Assembly (NCBI GenBank): GCA_937983035.1
Contig: CALKAN010000050.1
Coordinates: 1 to 46,429 of the forward strand
Direction: 5' to 3'
Source of the DNA: an uncultured Paenibacillaceae bacterium
GTDB taxonomy: Bacteria > Bacillota > Bacilli > Paenibacillales > CALAME01
Length of the DNA: 46,429 bases
Part shown: positions 17,544-27,816 of the stretch, one piece after another
How the letters are laid out: each line of letters starts with the position of its first letter
Numbering within the stretch: position 1 is the first letter of the stretch
Program-made: the position numbers and the translations under genes
Notes under the pieces: generated by a model
What the model was told of the DNA's origin: nothing
Seen by the model: only the letters and a program-made list of their open reading frames with translations
Database searches by the model: none

Positions 17544-18104
17544 ATGACTGCTTTCATGGCGCAATCCGGGCAATGGTTTACGATTTTTGCCATGGCGATT
17601 GCACTAGGGATGGACGCTTTTTCGTTAGGAATCGGAATTGGATTAAGGGGAGTCCGATTTTTATATATATTGAAAATTGGCGTTGTCGTTGCTGTCTTTC
17701 ATTTTTTCATGCCGTTGATGGGGTTATTTACCGGCCAATACATGAGTGTTTTGCTTGGGGATATTGCTCTTGCAGCAGGAGGAATCTTATTAATTTTGCT
17801 CGGTGCTCATATGATATTCAGTGCTGTTAAAGGCGACGGGACTCATCCTTTGGAATATACGTCAATGTTCAGTCTGCTGTTATTTTCGTTAATGGTCAGC
17901 ATCGATTCATTTTCTGTCGGCATTTCGTTGGGCTTATTTTCAACCGATATTTTGCTTACAGTGCTTATTTTTGGGCTGTTCGGCGGGCTGATGTCCATGT
18001 TCGGTTTGCTGCTTGGGAACAAGGCTGCGGCAGGCTTGGGGGAATACGGGGAAGTGATCGGCGGAGCGATTTTGCTGGCATTTGGCGTTAAATTTCTTCT
18101 TTAA
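17544..18104 (+). CDS. mntP: Manganese efflux pump MntP (YwlD family)
   Basis: 186 aa with 6 predicted TM segments. It shows the duplicated DAFSLGIG / DSFSVGISLG motifs characteristic of MntP/DUF204. Confidence 0.85.
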   Translation: MTAFMAQSGQWFTIFAMAIALGMDAFSLGIGIGLRGVRFLYILKIGVVVAVFHFFMPLMGLFTGQYMSVLLGDIALAAGGILLILLGAHMIFSAVKGDGTHPLEYTSMFSLLLFSLMVSIDSFSVGISLGLFSTDILLTVLIFGLFGGLMSMFGLLLGNKAAAGLGEYGEVIGGAILLAFGVKFLL

Positions 18105-18126
18105 GCGAAAGGAGCATGGCAGAAAG

Positions 18127-18585
18127 ATGAAGCGAATTTTATTTGTTTGCACAGGGAACACATGCCGAAGTCCGATGGCGGAAAGCTTAATGCGGCACAT
18201 GGCGGAGCAGGCAGGCTTGGTTGTCGAAGTGAAATCTGCTGGATTGGCAGCTGCAGAAGGGCTGTCGATGTCAGCTCATGCGCAAGATGTGCTGCAGGAA
18301 AAAGGCATTGCTTGCGAAGTGTTTTCAAAACCGTTTACAAAAGAACTGGCTGATTGGGCGGATTGGATTTTGACGATGACTGAAGGGCATAAGAGCCATA
18401 TATTAGTTCAATATCCACAATTTGCAGAAAAGGTGCATGTGTTGAAGCAGTTTGCAAACGGCGGCGAAGACGCCCAATCATGCGATATTTCGGATCCGTT
18501 TGGAGGCTCGTTGGAAGAATATAAGCGCTGCGCGGAGGAAATCGAAGACGCTTTGGCGGAGGTCGTCAATAAATTAAAGGAATAG
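18127..18585 (+). CDS. ywlE: Low-molecular-weight phosphatase, protein arginine phosphatase YwlE type
   Basis: ORF 18082..18585 trimmed to MKRILFVCTGNTCRSPMAE (CX5R(S/T) P-loop), preceded by AAAGGAG. The DP motif (ISDPFGG) is present. 152 aa. Confidence 0.88.
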   Translation: MKRILFVCTGNTCRSPMAESLMRHMAEQAGLVVEVKSAGLAAAEGLSMSAHAQDVLQEKGIACEVFSKPFTKELADWADWILTMTEGHKSHILVQYPQFAEKVHVLKQFANGGEDAQSCDISDPFGGSLEEYKRCAEEIEDALAEVVNKLKE

Positions 18586-18597
18586 TCCCGTTGGTTA

Positions 18598-18626
18598 TTG
18601 ACAACTCTCTTTCTGCGTGGTAACAA
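18598..18626 (+). promoter_or_regulatory. Sigma-A promoter candidate driving the ZTP riboswitch leader
   Basis: TTGACA (18598-18603), a 17-nt spacer, then an extended -10 TGgTAACAA (18618-18626). Confidence 0.55.
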
Positions 18627-18639
18627 TAGTAGTGAAGAT

Positions 18640-18773
18640 ACTTGGATGATAATGGACGCATCCGATGTGACTGGCGACGAGTGGAAGAAACCACGATGGA
18701 GCATCGGATCATAATGCCGGTCGCCTGGGCAAGAGCAAAGACGTGAATGATCATGTCTCGTGCTCTTTTTTTG
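18640..18773 (+). promoter_or_regulatory. ZTP (pfl-motif) riboswitch with intrinsic terminator expression platform
   Basis: Aptamer core CCGATGTGACTGGCGACGAGTGGAAGAAACCACGATGGAGCATCGG (P1 CCGATG/CATCGG, P2 GTGG/CCAC, conserved ACUGGCG). After a short linker comes GCCGGTCGCCTGGGCAAG, the conserved CGCCUGGGCA pseudoknot partner. The terminator AGAGCA...TGCTCT plus TTTTTTT (18732-18773) overlaps the 3' end of the aptamer. Confidence 0.85.
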
Positions 18774-18820
18774 TTATTTTGGGAAAGATAAAGTGAAAAG
18801 ACAGACAGGAGGCATGCAAA

Positions 18821-19279
18821 ATGAAAATCGTCATGGGATCCGACCACGCGGGATATCGACTTAAAAATGAGCTGAAGCCGCTCATCGAATCAATGGGTCA
18901 TGAAGTCATTGACGTAGGCTGCAATTGCGACGATTCCGTTGATTATCCAGATTATGCATGGGAGGCTTGCAACAAAGTTGTTTCCGGAGAGGCAGACAGA
19001 GGGATATTAATTTGCGGCACAGGCATCGGTATGTCGATTGCAGCCAATAAAATCCCGGGCATTCGCTGCGCGCTCGTGCATGATACTTTTTCGGCAAAAG
19101 CGACCCGCGAGCATAACGACACGAACGTGCTGGCATTGGGTGAAAGAATCATTGGGCCGGGATTGGCGCAAGATATCGTTAAAATTTGGCTGGAGACGGA
19201 ATTTTCCAACGCTGACCGTCACCAAAACCGCGTCAACAAAGTGAAGGAAATCGAAGAGAAGCATTCGCTCCGTTCGTAA
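18821..19279 (+). CDS. rpiB: Ribose-5-phosphate isomerase B
   Basis: 152 aa starting MKIVMGSDHAGYRLK. It has the catalytic-Cys region GILICGTGIGMSIAANK and the RpiB/LacAB family pattern. Confidence 0.93.
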   Translation: MKIVMGSDHAGYRLKNELKPLIESMGHEVIDVGCNCDDSVDYPDYAWEACNKVVSGEADRGILICGTGIGMSIAANKIPGIRCALVHDTFSAKATREHNDTNVLALGERIIGPGLAQDIVKIWLETEFSNADRHQNRVNKVKEIEEKHSLRS

Positions 19280-19306
19280 TCATAAACGATATTGGAGGGC
19301 TTGATC

Positions 19307-19876
19307 TTGTTCGAACAATTGCAGCGGGACATGGAAATGATCGTAAGAGAACTCGTGCAGCAAGCAGAGCTGTTCCAGGGCAAATTATTGGTGATTGGAA
19401 CGAGCACGAGCGAGGTTATGGGCAAGCGCATCGGCACCTCCGGCGGATCTGAGGAAATTGCGCGGGCGTTGTTCCAGGCCATTGAGAATGTAAGGAAGGA
19501 AATTGGATTTTATCCGGCATTCCAGTGCTGCGAGCACTTGAATCGCGCGCTTGTCGTGGAGCGGGAGGCGGCGGAAAAGCATGGACTTGAGATCGTCAGT
19601 GCCGTGCCTGTGCCGGATGCTGGAGGATCGATGGCAGCATATGCTTATCGCCATCTGCAGCAGCCTTGCCTTGTTGAGACGATTCAGGCGCATGCAGGGA
19701 TTGATATCGGCGATACGCTGATCGGCATGCATTTGAGGCCGGTTGCTGTGCCGGTTCGTCCCAGCATTCAAAAACTGGGAGAAGCGCACGTGACGATGGC
19801 GAAAACCCGTCCGAAACTCATCGGCGGGGCAAGAGCGGTTTACGTGCTGCCGGAATCATCCAATCACTGCCATTAA
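19307..19876 (+). CDS. ywlG: TIGR01440 / UPF0340 family protein (YwlG homologue), function unknown
   Basis: ~190 aa at the conserved position between rpiB and glyA, as in B. subtilis. It contains motifs such as LLVIGTSTSEV and HLNRALVVER. The start is set at the TTG at 19307 (GGAGGG plus 7 nt); the track start 19292 overlaps the SD. Confidence 0.75.
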   Translation: MFEQLQRDMEMIVRELVQQAELFQGKLLVIGTSTSEVMGKRIGTSGGSEEIARALFQAIENVRKEIGFYPAFQCCEHLNRALVVEREAAEKHGLEIVSAVPVPDAGGSMAAYAYRHLQQPCLVETIQAHAGIDIGDTLIGMHLRPVAVPVRPSIQKLGEAHVTMAKTRPKLIGGARAVYVLPESSNHCH

Positions 19877-19920
19877 GTGATGCATAGATTTGCAAACATA
19901 TTAAGGGAGGAAACTTACAG

Positions 19921-21168
19921 ATGGAATTTTTGCGTCAGGCCGATCCAGAAATCGTAAAAGCGATGAATGATGAATTGCAAAGGCAGCAAGACAACATTGA
20001 ATTAATTGCTTCAGAAAATATCGTCAGCCGTGCAGTCATGGAAGCGATGGGAACCGTGCTGACGAACAAATATGCAGAAGGTTATCCCGGCCGGAGATAT
20101 TACGGCGGATGCGAGCATGTCGATGTCGTGGAAAATATTGCAATTGAACGCGCAAAGCAGTTGTTCGGGGCCGAACACGCCAACGTGCAGCCGCATTCGG
20201 GAGCGCAGGCGAACATGGCAGTATATTTGGCGGCGCTGAATCCCGGCGATACCGTGCTGGGCATGAATTTGTCCCATGGCGGACATTTAACGCATGGAAG
20301 CCCGGTGAACGCGTCCGGCATTTTGTACAATTTTGTGGAATACGGCGTGGAAGAAGATACGTTTCAAATCGATTATGACAAAGTGCACAAACTCGCTTTC
20401 AAACACCGCCCTCGTTTAATTGTAGCCGGCGCCAGCGCTTATCCGAGAACGATTGATTTTGAAGCGCTTGGACAGATTGCAAAGGATGTCGGCGCACTAT
20501 TGATGGTGGACATGGCTCATATCGCCGGCTTAGTAGCGGCAGGCTTGCACCCGAGTCCTGTGCCGCACGCTCATTTTGTCACCACAACGACTCACAAAAC
20601 GCTTCGCGGCCCGCGGGGAGGCATGATCTTGTGCAAAGAACCTTGGGCGAGAGCGATCGATAAAGCAGTATTTCCAGGCACTCAAGGCGGTCCTCTCATG
20701 CACGTGATCGCAGCCAAGGCAGTTGCATTCGGTGAGGCGCTTCAGCCTGCATTTAAAGACTATATGCAGAAAGTAGTCAACAACGCCAAGGCGCTGGCTG
20801 AAGCATTGTCTGCGGAAGGCATCGACATTGTATCCGGCGGCACAGACAATCACTTGATGCTCATCGATACGCGCAATTTGAACATTACAGGGAAAGATGC
20901 CGAGCACGTCTTAGATCAGGTGCGCATTACCGTGAACAAAAATGCGATTCCGTTTGACCCGACCAGCCCGTTTATTACGAGCGGCATTCGCATCGGCACG
21001 CCTGCGGTTACAACGCGCGGCATGGGCGAAGAAGACATGAGGACGATTGCCAAAATTATCAGCTCTGCGTTGAAATCGCCGAAAGACGAGGCAGTATTGG
21101 AACAAGCGCGCGCAGAAGTGAAGCGATTGACAGAAAAATATCCCATTTACGAAGGCTTGACATATTAA
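19921..21168 (+). CDS. glyA: Serine hydroxymethyltransferase
   Basis: 415 aa with the PLP-lysine motif [14 protein letters not shown] and the N-terminal ELIASENI motif. Confidence 0.97.
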   Translation: MEFLRQADPEIVKAMNDELQRQQDNIELIASENIVSRAVMEAMGTVLTNKYAEGYPGRRYYGGCEHVDVVENIAIERAKQLFGAEHANVQPHSGAQANMAVYLAALNPGDTVLGMNLSHGGHLTHGSPVNASGILYNFVEYGVEEDTFQIDYDKVHKLAFKHRPRLIVAGASAYPRTIDFEALGQIAKDVGALLMVDMAHIAGLVAAGLHPSPVPHAHFVTTTTHKTLRGPRGGMILCKEPWARAIDKAVFPGTQGGPLMHVIAAKAVAFGEALQPAFKDYMQKVVNNAKALAEALSAEGIDIVSGGTDNHLMLIDTRNLNITGKDAEHVLDQVRITVNKNAIPFDPTSPFITSGIRIGTPAVTTRGMGEEDMRTIAKIISSALKSPKDEAVLEQARAEVKRLTEKYPIYEGLTY

Positions 21169-21184
21169 AGTTTCATCATCGAAT

Positions 21185-21225
21185 TGTCCAGTGTGTTTCA
21201 TCAATATGCACTGGACATTTTTTTG
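21185..21225 (+). terminator. Intrinsic terminator after glyA
   Basis: TGTCCAGTG (21185-21193) pairs with CACTGGACA (21209-21217), followed by TTTTTTTG. Confidence 0.85.
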
Positions 21226-21264
21226 TTTGAACGTCATCAGCAGTTTGTTTTTTTCTTCGTGAAA

Positions 21265-21295
21265 GGGTGCATCCGAGAAGGGAGAGTGCTATAAT
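21265..21295 (+). promoter_or_regulatory. Sigma-A promoter candidate for upp-mnaA
   Basis: Extended -10 TGcTATAAT (21287-21295). The -35 is weak (TGCATC) at 16-nt spacing. Confidence 0.45.
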
Positions 21296-21340
21296 TAATT
21301 TCAGTTTGCAGTTTGAATGCCATCATTGGGAGGACTCAAA

Positions 21341-21970
21341 TTGGGAAGAGTATTTATATGCGATCATCCGCTCATCCAGCATAAATTAACGTTTATTCGA
21401 GATCGAGAAACGAAGACGAAAGATTTCAAGCAGCTGGTCGATGAAGTATCGATGTTGATGGGATATGAAATTACCAGGGACTTGCCGCTGCAGACCGTCA
21501 AGGTGAAAACCCCTGTAGCCGAGGCGGAAGGGAAAGTGATCTCCGGCAGAATGCTCGGCTTGATTCCGATCTTAAGAGCCGGGCTTGGCATGGTTGAAGG
21601 ACTGCTGAAGCTCCATCCTACGGCAAAAGTCGGTCATATCGGCTTGTATCGGGATCCTAAAACGCTGAAGCCCGTTGAATATTATTCGAAACTTCCTACT
21701 GATGTGCAGGAGCGGGAACTGATCGTCATTGATCCGATGCTCGCTACAGGCGGATCGGCGATCGCGGCGATTCAATTGTTGAAAGACAAAGGGTGCACAT
21801 CGATTAAGCTCATGTGTTTAGTTGCAGCCCCTGAAGGGATTGAAGCGATGGAAAAAGCCCACCCGGATGTAGATATTTACGTTGCTGCCGTAGACGAATG
21901 TTTGGATGAACGAGGATACATCGTCCCTGGCTTAGGGGATGCCGGCGACCGCTTATTCGGCACTGAATAA
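21341..21970 (+). CDS. upp: Uracil phosphoribosyltransferase
   Basis: ORF 21317..21970 trimmed to the TTG at 21341 (GGAGG plus 7 nt), giving [17 protein letters not shown] and 209 aa. PRPP-binding motif [13 protein letters not shown]. Confidence 0.93.
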   Translation: MGRVFICDHPLIQHKLTFIRDRETKTKDFKQLVDEVSMLMGYEITRDLPLQTVKVKTPVAEAEGKVISGRMLGLIPILRAGLGMVEGLLKLHPTAKVGHIGLYRDPKTLKPVEYYSKLPTDVQERELIVIDPMLATGGSAIAAIQLLKDKGCTSIKLMCLVAAPEGIEAMEKAHPDVDIYVAAVDECLDERGYIVPGLGDAGDRLFGTE

Positions 21971-21995
21971 AAGGAAAAACAAGGGGAAAGATAGT

Positions 21996-23144
21996 ATGAA
22001 TAAAATTAAAGTAATGACTGTTTTCGGCAGCAGGCCTGAAGCGATTAAAATGGCTCCATTAGTTCTGGAACTTCAGCGTCAGCCCGATATCGAGTCCATG
22101 CTTTGCGTCACGGCCCAACATCGAGAAATGTTGGATCAAGTGCTGCAAACTTTCGAGCTGAAAGCTGATTATGATTTGAATGTGATGAAACCAAATCAGA
22201 CTTTGAATGAATTGACCATTCGAGTGTTGGAGAGAATGGAGCCGGTGCTCAAAGAGGCAAAGCCTGACATCGTGCTCGTGCACGGGGATACGCAAACGAC
22301 GTTTTTGGCAGCGTACAGTGCTTTTTTGCAGCGCATTTCCGTCGGCCACGTGGAGGCAGGACTAAGAACTTGGAACAAGTATTCTCCGTACCCTGAAGAA
22401 ATGAACCGCCAGTTAACCGGGGTCATGGCTGACATTCATTTTGCTCCTACAGCGCTCGCTGCAGAACATTTGAGAAAAGAAAATAAAAGCGAAGACAGCA
22501 TCTATATTACCGGAAATACGGTGACTGACGTTTTTAAATATACGATTCAACCCTCTTACTCTCATCCTATTTTAGATTGGGCTGAGGGAAAGAGGCTTAT
22601 TCTGATGACCGCGCATCGCAGGGAGTCGATCGGCGAGAAGCATCGGCAAATTTTTCGCGCTGTGAAGAAACTGGCCGATGAATTTGAGGATATCGCCGTC
22701 GTGTATCCGGTGCATCTGAACCCAGCCGTGCGCAAACCTGCCCAAGAAATCTTAGGAAACCATCCGCGCGTTCGCTTGATTGAGCCGCTGGATGTCATTG
22801 ATTTGCATAATTTTTACAAACATACGCATCTCATATTGACGGATTCCGGAGGCATCCAAGAAGAAGCTCCTTCATTCGGCGTCCCGGTGTTGGTGCTTAG
22901 AGATACGACGGAAAGGCCGGAAGGCGTGCAAGCCGGAATTTTGGAACTTGTTGGAAGCGATGAAGAGACAGTATATCATAAAGCCAAAAAACTGTTGGTT
23001 GACGAGTCGGCTTATGCTAAGATGAGTAAAGCAGCGAATCCGTTTGGAGACGGGCAAGTTTCCCCGCGCATTGTGAACGCAATCCGGCATTATTTCGGGC
23101 GCATAAAGGAAAAGCCGTTACCGTTTTCATCGGAATCGAGATGA
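21996..23144 (+). CDS. mnaA: UDP-N-acetylglucosamine 2-epimerase (non-hydrolysing)
   Basis: ORF 21939..23144 trimmed to MNKIKVMTVFGSRPEAIKMAPL (AAGGGGA plus 8 nt). WecB/MnaA motifs HGDT, HVEAGLRT and TDSGGIQEEAP are present. Confidence 0.92.
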   Translation: MNKIKVMTVFGSRPEAIKMAPLVLELQRQPDIESMLCVTAQHREMLDQVLQTFELKADYDLNVMKPNQTLNELTIRVLERMEPVLKEAKPDIVLVHGDTQTTFLAAYSAFLQRISVGHVEAGLRTWNKYSPYPEEMNRQLTGVMADIHFAPTALAAEHLRKENKSEDSIYITGNTVTDVFKYTIQPSYSHPILDWAEGKRLILMTAHRRESIGEKHRQIFRAVKKLADEFEDIAVVYPVHLNPAVRKPAQEILGNHPRVRLIEPLDVIDLHNFYKHTHLILTDSGGIQEEAPSFGVPVLVLRDTTERPEGVQAGILELVGSDEETVYHKAKKLLVDESAYAKMSKAANPFGDGQVSPRIVNAIRHYFGRIKEKPLPFSSESR

Positions 23145-23193
23145 TCATGGCTTTGTGACTGTTTTGTTCACGAAATGTTTGTAGTCTAAAGAA

Positions 23194-23222
23194 TTGACAT
23201 CCTATTTTAGCTTCGTTACAAT
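23194..23222 (+). promoter_or_regulatory. Sigma-A promoter of the atp operon
   Basis: TTGACA (23194-23199), exactly 17 nt, then TACAAT (23217-23222). Confidence 0.7.
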
Positions 23223-23239
23223 AAATGAGGTTGTAAAGC

Positions 23240-23470
23240 GTGGTGACCTGAGAAATACGAAATCAATACTTAAAAATTATTGCGAGAGCGGTTGCTCTCG
23301 GAACTGAGGTTATATTTTATTTGGTCGCCGGTTATTATTTAGGCAAGCTGATCAATCATTGGACAGGCCATCAAATGTGGATGTTCTGGGGAGTGATGGC
23401 CGGGTTGGCAGCAAGCATTGTCAGCATCGTTTTTTTTATAAAAAAATATTTGGAGGATTCAAATGAATGA
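23240..23470 (+). CDS. AtpZ/AtpI-family small membrane protein (not in the ORF track); start unresolved, in-frame TGA at 23249-23251
   Basis: Hand translation of 23252-23467 gives EIRNQYLKIIARAVALGTEVIFYLVAGYYLGKLINHWTGHQMWMFWGVMAGLAASIVSIVFFIKKYLEDSNE. That is two TM helices, the AtpZ-like layout. The stop TGA is at 23468-23470, overlapping the atpI ATG by 8 nt. The only SD-associated start (GTG 23240, GAGG plus 9 nt) is followed three codons later by TGA. No ATG, GTG or TTG lies between the TGA and the first TM segment. Confidence 0.5.
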
Positions 23471-23849
23471 GCCGGCCAGCCATTTGAAATCCCTGTTCAA
23501 GATTTATGCCATATTTGCAGCAGGAAGTCTCATCCTTTGGCTGCTGTTTCCAGCAATGCGGACTGGCTTGGCAGGACTATTCCTTGGTTTTACGATCAGC
23601 ATACTTAACTCCTATCATTTGTGGAAAAAAGTGAACCGCCTGCATGATGCGATTTTGCATAAAGACGGCAAGAAAAAAAGAATTCAGCTCGGTTTTGTTG
23701 CCAGACTTTGTTTTGCTTTGATTGCTGCAGCAATTGCCGTGCATCTGCCTCAGTTTGATATACTGTTTACAATTATAGGTTTTATGCTTGCCCCGCATGT
23801 CATTTTGGCTTTAAGCTTATGGAAAGCATTCCAGAACAAAACTGATTAA
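23463..23849 (+). CDS. atpI: ATP synthase protein I
   Basis: 128-aa hydrophobic protein immediately upstream of atpB, with the typical 4-TM AtpI layout. GGAGGA SD. Confidence 0.85.
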   Translation: MNEPASHLKSLFKIYAIFAAGSLILWLLFPAMRTGLAGLFLGFTISILNSYHLWKKVNRLHDAILHKDGKKKRIQLGFVARLCFALIAAAIAVHLPQFDILFTIIGFMLAPHVILALSLWKAFQNKTD

Positions 23850-23874
23850 AGAGAAAGGAGGAGCACTGAATACG

Positions 23875-24645
23875 ATGCATGATTTTCCAATATGGGAAGT
23901 GGGGCCGCTGAAGATCGAGCTCTCTTCATTTATTATGATTACTGTCACAGCCGTCATCGTGTTTATTCTGGCGAGGCTGGCTACAAGAAACTTGTCGCTG
24001 GAGAATCCATCCAAACTGCAAAATTTTATGGAGTGGGCTGCTGAGTTTGTGCAAAATATTATCGCAGGTTCGATGGATCTGAAGAGAGGCAGGGCTTATT
24101 TATCGCTTGGCTTAACCTTAATCTTGTTTATATTCATTGCCAATTTATTGGGGCTTCCATTTGCCATTATTACAGAACATAAAGAACCGGTTGAGTTTCT
24201 GGGTTATCCTTTAATCTCTCAAGAAGTGATTGATAAAGCCGGGGAAGAAGGGGCGCATGTTCTGTGGTGGAAGTCGCCGACCGCTGATTTATCCGTCACG
24301 TTCGGTCTGGCCTTCATCGTTTTTGTTCTGACCCATTATCTTGGGCTGAAACATAACAGGAAGCATTATTTGAAACATTACGTTGAACCCTATTCGATCT
24401 TCCTTCCCTTAAATATCATTAAAGAAATTGCAAAGCCGATCACGCTTGGCCTGCGTTTGTTTGCAAACATTTTTGCAGGCGAAATCTTGATCGCGACGAT
24501 TATTATGGCGGGGATTTTTGGAATCCCGATCATGATTGCTTGGCAAGGATTCAGCATTTTTATTGGAGCGATCCAAGCATTCTTGTTCACAATGTTGACC
24601 ATGGTTTATATCGCTCAAGCGTCTGTGCATGAAGAAGATGCATGA
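23875..24645 (+). CDS. atpB: F0F1 ATP synthase subunit a
   Basis: 256 aa with the conserved LGLRLFANIFAGE region containing the essential Arg. GGAGGAG SD. Confidence 0.96.
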   Translation: MHDFPIWEVGPLKIELSSFIMITVTAVIVFILARLATRNLSLENPSKLQNFMEWAAEFVQNIIAGSMDLKRGRAYLSLGLTLILFIFIANLLGLPFAIITEHKEPVEFLGYPLISQEVIDKAGEEGAHVLWWKSPTADLSVTFGLAFIVFVLTHYLGLKHNRKHYLKHYVEPYSIFLPLNIIKEIAKPITLGLRLFANIFAGEILIATIIMAGIFGIPIMIAWQGFSIFIGAIQAFLFTMLTMVYIAQASVHEEDA

Positions 24646-24717
24646 TTGAAGCAAGTTTTTGTGGAACATTCAGTCCTCGGACTGATGTAATATATAAAAC
24701 TTTTAAAAAAATATTAA

Positions 24718-24960
<243 letters not shown>

Positions 24961-24983
24961 ACTTGAATGCATTACGGATAGGC

Positions 24984-25020
24984 GGGGAAGGCCGGAGTCA
25001 TCCACGCCTTCCTTTATGTT
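24984..25020 (+). terminator. Possible partial terminator/attenuator hairpin between atpE and atpF
   Basis: GGAAGGC (24986-24992) pairs with GCCTTCC (25006-25012), extendable by G-U pairs. The loop is 13 nt and the stem is followed by TTTATGTTT. This is not a strong canonical terminator. Confidence 0.35.
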
Positions 25021-25062
25021 TAATCCACCAGTCAGGATAATCTCGAAAGGAGTGAAAAATGC

Positions 25063-25548
25063 ATGGCTCTATTCTGGGAATCGGCCGTATACGCGATTAT
25101 AGCCTTTTTGATTTTATATTGGTTGTTAAACAAATACGCATTCGGTCCGCTCTTTGGCATTATGGAAAAAAGACGCGAACGAGTGCTGGGAGATATGAAA
25201 AGCGCGGAAGAAAGCCGAAAAGAAGCTGAAAAGCTGTTGAATGAGCAGAAACAAGCATTGGAAGAGGCGCGCAAAGAAGCATATGAGATCATTGAACAAT
25301 CTCGGAAAGTAAGCACGAAGCAGGCAGATGAGATTATCGCTAAAGCGAAAGATGAAGCAGAAAAGATTAAGCAAGAAATGCTGAAAGAAATTGAGAACGA
25401 AAAGAATAAAGCCGTTGCTGCTCTGAAAAGTCAAGTCAGCGCCATGTCTGTCATGATTGCTTCCAAGATCATCGAGAAGCAAATTGATGAGAAATCGCAT
25501 CAAGAATTAATCGAAAACTACCTGCAAAAGGTAGGCGATGACAAATGA
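25063..25548 (+). CDS. atpF: F0F1 ATP synthase subunit b
   Basis: 161 aa with a single N-terminal TM segment followed by a long charged coiled coil (EEARKEAYEIIEQSRK...). Confidence 0.93.
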   Translation: MALFWESAVYAIIAFLILYWLLNKYAFGPLFGIMEKRRERVLGDMKSAEESRKEAEKLLNEQKQALEEARKEAYEIIEQSRKVSTKQADEIIAKAKDEAEKIKQEMLKEIENEKNKAVAALKSQVSAMSVMIASKIIEKQIDEKSHQELIENYLQKVGDDK

Positions 25549-26096
25549 GCAGCGAGAATATCATTGGGAAACGCTATGCCAGAGCGATTTTTGAGCTTGC
25601 GCAAGAAAAGCAGATCGCAGACCAAGTCGGCGAAGAGCTGAGTCAGATCGTGCAAATGATCGCATCGAATGAAGAATTAAAGAACTTGCTCGAACATCCG
25701 GTTGTTGAGAAAAGCGTGAAGCAGAAAGTGTTTAAAGAAGCTTTGCAAGGCAAAGTTTCGGACGTAGTATTAAATGCGCTGCACTTCATTTTTGAAAAAG
25801 GGAGAGAAAGAAATCTTCCTGCGATTCAACAGGCGTATTTTAAGATTGCCAATGAAGCTGCAGGCAGAGTGCAAGCTGTCGTCTACTCGGCTTATCCGTT
25901 GTCTGAGCAAAACATTGCAAACATTCAAGCAAAGTTCGGAGCGATTACGCAGAAGACGATCGAAGTTCAAAATGAAGTGGATCCGAGCATTATCGGCGGA
26001 TTGAAAGTAAAAATTGGCGATACGCTTTATGACGGCAGTTTTGCCGGCAAACTGGAAGAGATGAGAAAATTTTTAAGCGAAGCGAAAGCAATGTAG
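25545..26096 (+). CDS. atpH: F0F1 ATP synthase subunit delta
   Basis: 183 aa starting with the OSCP-type KRYARAIFELA. Its start overlaps the atpF stop (ATGA). Confidence 0.93.
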   Translation: MSSENIIGKRYARAIFELAQEKQIADQVGEELSQIVQMIASNEELKNLLEHPVVEKSVKQKVFKEALQGKVSDVVLNALHFIFEKGRERNLPAIQQAYFKIANEAAGRVQAVVYSAYPLSEQNIANIQAKFGAITQKTIEVQNEVDPSIIGGLKVKIGDTLYDGSFAGKLEEMRKFLSEAKAM

Positions 26097-26106
26097 ATAG
26101 GGGTGA

Positions 26107-27627
<1,521 letters not shown>

Positions 27628-27698
27628 ATATGGATAAAAAGGCAGATCTCGGTTGGAGCTCTGCCACTCGCATTTGCATTGAAGTGAAATGATGGAGC

Positions 27699-27816
27699 AA
27701 TGTTTACGAAGGAGTTTTCACATTCGTGAAAACTAAGCAAATGCTTACGAAGTGGTTTTTCGTCCCGAAAAACCTGGGTGAATGCTTACGAAGGAGTTTT
27801 CACATTCGTGAAAACT
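27699..27816 (+). repeat. 3 x 41-bp tandem repeat, each unit carrying a 9-bp-stem hairpin, in the atpA-atpG spacer
   Basis: The units start at 27699, 27740 and 27781 with AATGYTTACGAAG. Units 1 and 3 differ at one position (AATGtTTACGAAGGAGTTTTCACATTCGTGAAAACT vs AATGc...). Unit 2 is diverged in its hairpin. Hairpins: AGTTTTCAC-attc-GTGAAAACT (27713-27734 and 27795-27816) and GGTTTTTCG-tcc-CGAAAAACC (27754-27774). Confidence 0.9.

Noticed and set aside
23249-23251. In-frame TGA in the atpZ-like ORF as a selenocysteine codon.
   Set aside because: No SECIS-like hairpin follows immediately downstream, there is no reason for Sec in a tiny membrane protein, and the codon lies in the non-conserved extreme N-terminus. 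Mutation, error or an alternative start is more parsimonious.
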